A model generated the notes under the pieces. That model searched no databases, was not told the origin of the DNA, and was given only the letters and a program-made list of their open reading frames with translations. A program made the position numbers and the translations under genes. Below, one piece after another: positions 59,974 through 64,000 of a stretch of 64,000 nucleotides of DNA. Position 1 is the first letter of the stretch; every line of letters begins with the position of its first letter. Source of the stretch: an uncultured Clostridium sp. (GTDB lineage Bacteria > Bacillota > Clostridia > TANB77 > CAG-508); contig CAMPBS010000002.1 of assembly GCA_946639585.1 (NCBI GenBank), forward strand, positions 16,994 through 80,993. The letters are read 5' to 3'.

Positions 59974-61356
59974 TTATCTATATTGTTTTTTTAATAGATA
60001 ACCTATTTTATATATTCCAGTTGAAAGCATTAATATAGAATTTATAATTAAAATTAAAGCTAAATCTTTTACAAAATCCCATATAACCCAAAATGGAACA
60101 CTTATAATTGTTGGTATTAAAATTAATACTATTGGCAATAGTAAATGTCTTGCAATATCTATAATATATAGTTTCTTTGTTTTATTTTTATTCTTCCAAC
60201 TCTTAATAGTTATAATTGGATACAAAGCAATAATAGTAATAACTATATATATAGCATCAATTAGTAAATGATTTATTATATATAAGTTATTTGATACTTC
60301 TGTTTTTTCTTCTCCCAAAAGGGGTTTTACAGTATCTTCTAGTAAATTATTTGTAACTAAATAATCATTCATATTAACAAGAACAACTACTCCTATATTA
60401 CTTTCTGGAATAATGAACATTTTAGAAGTATAATTCTCAACCAATCCGGAATGTGTCAAAATTGGTTTACTATAATATTTGGTATATTCCCATCCCATTC
60501 CATAGTAAGCTCTATCTATATCATCTTGAGGTATATTATCGTAAAACATTTGATGAATACTATCTTCACTTATAATATTCACACCATTATTTAGATACAT
60601 TTGTAAATATTTGCCCATATCGCTAGCACTAGAACTAATATAACCAGCAGGCACTTGTGACCAAGAATTTTTGGTAGGATAATTTGGTTTCTCTGCAATA
60701 GGAAAGCCAAAATAATTTTGATAACCTTTTATTAATCCATTCTTATTGCTTCCTTCTAAGGTTGCCGAAGTATGATTCATTTCAAGTGGTTCAAATATAT
60801 TTTTAGTAACATAATCAGAATAACTCTCATTACTTACTGATTCAATAATTTTTCCTAATAGATTATAATTAGCATTTGCATATTCATACTTACCATAGTT
60901 TTTTGTTATTTCTATACTTCCTAACTTTTGATAAGTTCCAATTCCACTATTTTGATTTAATAATTGCTTTATTGTAATCTTATCTCCATCTTCTTTATTT
61001 TTGAAATAAAGTGATGTATCAATGTAAGTAGAAATCGGTTTATTTATATCTATTCTTCCTTCTTCTACTAATTTCATAATAGATAAAGCTGTAAATGATT
61101 TACTCAATGAACCTATTATAAAGGGTGTATCAATACTTTTACAATTACCATAAGTTTTTGAAAACACTACCTCATTTGAATTTACAACTACTACAGACAT
61201 ACCAGGAATATGATTCTTTTTAATTTTGGTTTCTAATTCTTTACTTACGGCTTCATAATCAATATTATCACTTTTAGCATACACATTATAATTTCTACCC
61301 AAAAAATATACAAAGATACAACACATTATAATTAAAATTTTATATATCTTTTTCAT
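59974..61356 (-). CDS. serine hydrolase, beta-lactamase-family (PBP4*-like) with C-terminal TM region
   Basis: It has a signal peptide, an SxxK motif (SLSKS) and C-terminal TM helices. Confidence 0.7.
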   Translation of the reverse strand: MKKIYKILIIMCCIFVYFLGRNYNVYAKSDNIDYEAVSKELETKIKKNHIPGMSVVVVNSNEVVFSKTYGNCKSIDTPFIIGSLSKSFTALSIMKLVEEGRIDINKPISTYIDTSLYFKNKEDGDKITIKQLLNQNSGIGTYQKLGSIEITKNYGKYEYANANYNLLGKIIESVSNESYSDYVTKNIFEPLEMNHTSATLEGSNKNGLIKGYQNYFGFPIAEKPNYPTKNSWSQVPAGYISSSASDMGKYLQMYLNNGVNIISEDSIHQMFYDNIPQDDIDRAYYGMGWEYTKYYSKPILTHSGLVENYTSKMFIIPESNIGVVVLVNMNDYLVTNNLLEDTVKPLLGEEKTEVSNNLYIINHLLIDAIYIVITIIALYPIITIKSWKNKNKTKKLYIIDIARHLLLPIVLILIPTIISVPFWVIWDFVKDLALILIINSILMLSTGIYKIGYLLKKQYR

Positions 61357-61407
61357 TAGATCATCTCACTTTCAAATTACTATTTAGCGATTTTTAATTC
61401 GCCATAA

Positions 61408-62439
61408 TTAATTTTCTTCATTTAATTCAAAGTTTTTCTTTTCTTCTTCAACAGCACTAATTAATTCTTGTTCTGTTGGCATATGTAATTTATACTCAGA
61501 AGAGAATATCGTTTTATTATCTTCTGGTAAAGTATATTTTACAACTGTTTCATTTTTATTTGTTGAAAGTAATATTCCAACAGTTGGATTTTCATCATCT
61601 TGTTTAATTTCTCTATCATAATAATTAACATACATTTGCATTTGTCCTATATCTTGATGAGATACTTTTCCAATTTTTAAATCAATAATTACAAAACATT
61701 TTAAAAGCCTATTATAAAAAACTAAATCTGGATAAAAATGATCTTCTTCTAATGTTAACCTTACTTGGTTTCCAACATAACTAAATCCTTTTCCTAGTTC
61801 TAATAAAAAATCTTTTAAATGTTCTATAATATTCTTTTCTAAATCAGATTCTAAATAATCTGTATTTTCCTTTATATCTAAAAATTCCAATACAAAGGGG
61901 TCTTTAACTAAATCTTTACTTGTTTTTAATATTTGTCCTTTTTCAGATAATTCTAATATTTTATCTTTATCAGCAGATAAAGTTAATCTTTCATATAATA
62001 ATGAATCTCTTTGCCTTTGAAGCTCTCTAACACTCCATTTAGAGTTGATACATTCATTTAAATAAAAATTTCTTTTTGGTTCTTCATCTATTTTAATTAA
62101 CTCTAAATAATGCGACCAACTCAATTTGGCAGACACTGTCTTCCAAATTGGATACATTAGATAAAATTTTCTCATAGTTCTTAAATTTCTTGATGAAAAG
62201 CCTTTACCAAATTCAGTAGTTAATTTTTGAGATAATTTATCAAGTACAGCATCACCATAACTTGCTCTTTCATCACCTTGTTGTATTTCCATAATTGCTT
62301 TTCCTATATTCCAGTATAAATTAAGCATTTCAGTATTGACGGTTTGATATACTTTATTTCTACTATTTATAACTAAATCTTTGATATTATCAAAAATATT
62401 ATTTATTTCATTATCGCTTTTTATTAATTCATTACTCAT
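61408..62439 (-). CDS. PDDEXK nuclease domain protein, YhcG/DUF1016 family
   Basis: It has an N-terminal DUF1016-like region and a C-terminal restriction-endonuclease-like fold pattern (IIDLKIGK...Q). Confidence 0.6.
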   Translation of the reverse strand: MSNELIKSDNEINNIFDNIKDLVINSRNKVYQTVNTEMLNLYWNIGKAIMEIQQGDERASYGDAVLDKLSQKLTTEFGKGFSSRNLRTMRKFYLMYPIWKTVSAKLSWSHYLELIKIDEEPKRNFYLNECINSKWSVRELQRQRDSLLYERLTLSADKDKILELSEKGQILKTSKDLVKDPFVLEFLDIKENTDYLESDLEKNIIEHLKDFLLELGKGFSYVGNQVRLTLEEDHFYPDLVFYNRLLKCFVIIDLKIGKVSHQDIGQMQMYVNYYDREIKQDDENPTVGILLSTNKNETVVKYTLPEDNKTIFSSEYKLHMPTEQELISAVEEEKKNFELNEEN

Positions 62440-62606
62440 TAGCTTCCTCCAATCATTTATATATTAAAGACTTCATATGTATAAATTATACAATAAATAT
62501 GGGAATATTTCCATACTCCCATTGAAATTTAATAAGAATTCATATATAATATTTTTAGAAAGAGAACGTTATAGTTCGTAAGCTGTAGCTTAATCGCTCC
62601 AAAAAT

Positions 62607-62648
62607 AAAAACTTGTAAGTCCTAATAAAGTGGGCTTACAAGTTTTTT
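62607..62648 (-). terminator. intrinsic terminator
   Basis: Hairpin aaaaacttgtaagtcc...ggcttacaagttttttt. Confidence 0.6.
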
Positions 62649-62897
62649 TATATAATATAAAATTCTAATTATTATTTTTAAGTCCATATCCCTATAATAT
62701 TTCTCTTCAAATATAAAAAATAATAAAAAAATCCTGAAAACCATTGACAAATTTACTTTTTTGTAATAAAATAGTTCAGACAAATTAGCATATGAATTAA
62801 ATTTAAAACTTCTCCCCGGTAGTTTTGAATTTAAATACATATATATTAAAATTTTAAAATTAAAAATTCAATAAACGAAGAAAGGAAGTTAGTTACA

Positions 62898-63338
62898 ATG
62901 AACAACGTAACATATAGCGCTAAAAAAGGCGAAGTAGAAAGCAAATGGTATATAATTGATGCAGCTAACAAACAATTAGGTAGAGTTGCAACAGAAGCTG
63001 CAAAATTATTAAGAGGAAAACACAAACCAACATTTACACCTAATATTGATACAGGTGATCATGTTATTATTATCAATGCAAAAGATGTTATTTTAACAGG
63101 AAATAAAATGGACCAAAAAGTTTATAGACATCATTCAGGATACATTGGAGGAATGAAAGAAGTTTCTGCAAGAGTAATGATTGAAAACAATCCAGAAAAA
63201 GCTATTACATTAGCAGTTAAAGGAATGTTACCACACAATTCTTTAGGTAGACAAAGTCTTAAAAAATTAAGAGTTTATGCAGGTAGCGAACATGAAAATG
63301 CAGCACAAAAACCAGAAGTTTGGGAGGTAAGTAAATAA
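62898..63338 (+). CDS. rplM: 50S ribosomal protein L13
   Basis: It shows L13 family similarity, with an AAAGGAAG RBS. Confidence 0.95.
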   Translation: MNNVTYSAKKGEVESKWYIIDAANKQLGRVATEAAKLLRGKHKPTFTPNIDTGDHVIIINAKDVILTGNKMDQKVYRHHSGYIGGMKEVSARVMIENNPEKAITLAVKGMLPHNSLGRQSLKKLRVYAGSEHENAAQKPEVWEVSK

Positions 63339-63739
63339 TGGCTAATAAAGAAAATATAGTTTATTATGGTACAGGTAGAAGAAAATCTTCTATCGCTAGA
63401 GTTAGAATAGTAGAAGGTTCAGGAAAAATTACAATCAATGGAAAAGATATTGATGAATTTTTCGGATTAGAAACTTTAAAAGTTATAGTTAGACAACCAC
63501 TAGCAGTTACAAATACTGCAGCTAAATATGATGTTATAGCTAATGTTAAAGGTGGCGGAATTACAGGTCAAGCAGGAGCTGTAAGACACGGATTAGCTAG
63601 AGCTTTAAATGAAGCAAATGCTGAATTTAGACCAGCTTTAAAAACAAACGGATTCTTAACAAGAGATCCTCGTATGAAAGAAAGAAAGAAATATGGTCTT
63701 AAAAAAGCAAGAAAAGCTCCACAATTCTCAAAGAGATAA
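63338..63739 (+). CDS. rpsI: 30S ribosomal protein S9
   Basis: It shows S9 family similarity and has a C-terminal KR. Confidence 0.95.
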   Translation: MANKENIVYYGTGRRKSSIARVRIVEGSGKITINGKDIDEFFGLETLKVIVRQPLAVTNTAAKYDVIANVKGGGITGQAGAVRHGLARALNEANAEFRPALKTNGFLTRDPRMKERKKYGLKKARKAPQFSKR

Positions 63740-63844
63740 TATTTTATACATACAAAACTCTTCGGATTTAAATCTGAAGAGTTTATTTTTTGCATATTTT
63801 ACATATCATCTTTATATTTATTAAATATAAGAGTAGGTGAAAAG

Positions 63845-64000
63845 GTGATAAAAAAGAATATAAATACTAAAAGCAAAAAGGAAAGTTTTAGCCAAGCAGT
63901 TATAATGCTAGTATTTTCACAAGTACTAATAAAAATGCTTGGGCTTGTTTATACATTATACTTAACTAATAGAGATAGTTTTGGAGATAGAGGGAATGGA
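63845..64000 (+). CDS. MurJ/Wzx-family polysaccharide biosynthesis/flippase protein, 3'-partial (GTG start)
   Basis: An AGGTGA RBS precedes an N-terminus (SFSQAVIMLVFSQVLIKMLGLVYTLYL) typical of MurJ/SpoVB-family proteins. Confidence 0.4.
   Translation, partial: MIKKNINTKSKKESFSQAVIMLVFSQVLIKMLGLVYTLYLTNRDSFGDRGNG

Noticed and set aside
59041-62582. 11 bp direct repeat AGTTCGTAAG flanking the region downstream of tRNA-Gly (59041 and 62572) as possible att sites
   Set aside because: A short exact match of this length is expected many times by chance in 64 kb of biased sequence, and no integrase is present.
62690-62897. Possible L13 ribosomal-protein leader RNA upstream of rplM
   Set aside because: A plausible promoter (TTGACA-N17-TAAAAT) and a long 5' UTR are present. 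I cannot verify the conserved structure of the L13 leader by eye, so I left it unannotated.

Overview
This 64 kb window comes from a very AT-rich Firmicute chromosome, Clostridia-like judging by the sporulation genes bofA, yqfC/yqfD, splB and pdaA, and an agr locus. Most of it is housekeeping sequence. Recognisable genes include comEC (5' partial), pgsA, clpE, htrA, rnhB, cdaA, truA, glmS with its cis ribozyme, uvrC, the hrcA-grpE-dnaK-dnaJ operon with a CIRCE operator, ybeY, engB, splB, cysS, rlmN, aqpZ, ttcA, tRNA-Gly(UCC) and rplM-rpsI.

On top of that background I see several unexplained structures. (1) A family of three ~130-145 bp intergenic elements has a conserved GC-rich core and copy-specific, base-pair-compensated AT-rich closing stems; this looks like a structured RNA or site family rather than a classical MITE. 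(2) A second family of short palindromes (GGGACACTYCCCAAAA ... TTTTGGGARGTGTCCC) occurs four times. (3) cysS is preceded by a 13-codon leader ORF carrying three tandem Cys codons, flanked by a promoter and an intrinsic terminator, which fits a peptide-mediated attenuator with no T-box. (4) A complete agr quorum-sensing locus includes an agrD gene too short to appear in the ORF track. (5) A ~6 kb accessory segment lies between dnaJ and splB. It is built from repeated terminator-promoter-leader modules driving Bro-N/DinD-like genes, an EndA-family nuclease with a downstream partner, a frameshifted pilin-like gene, a degenerate tRNA-like sequence and a YneA-like LysM gene. (6) A 1.7 kb two-gene islet has visibly higher G+C than its surroundings. 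(7) A 2.5 kb insertion is bracketed by a 206 bp perfect duplication of the aqpZ 3' end. (8) An orphan VirD4/TraD-like coupling ATPase sits among housekeeping genes. (9) A degenerate region lies downstream of tRNA-Gly.
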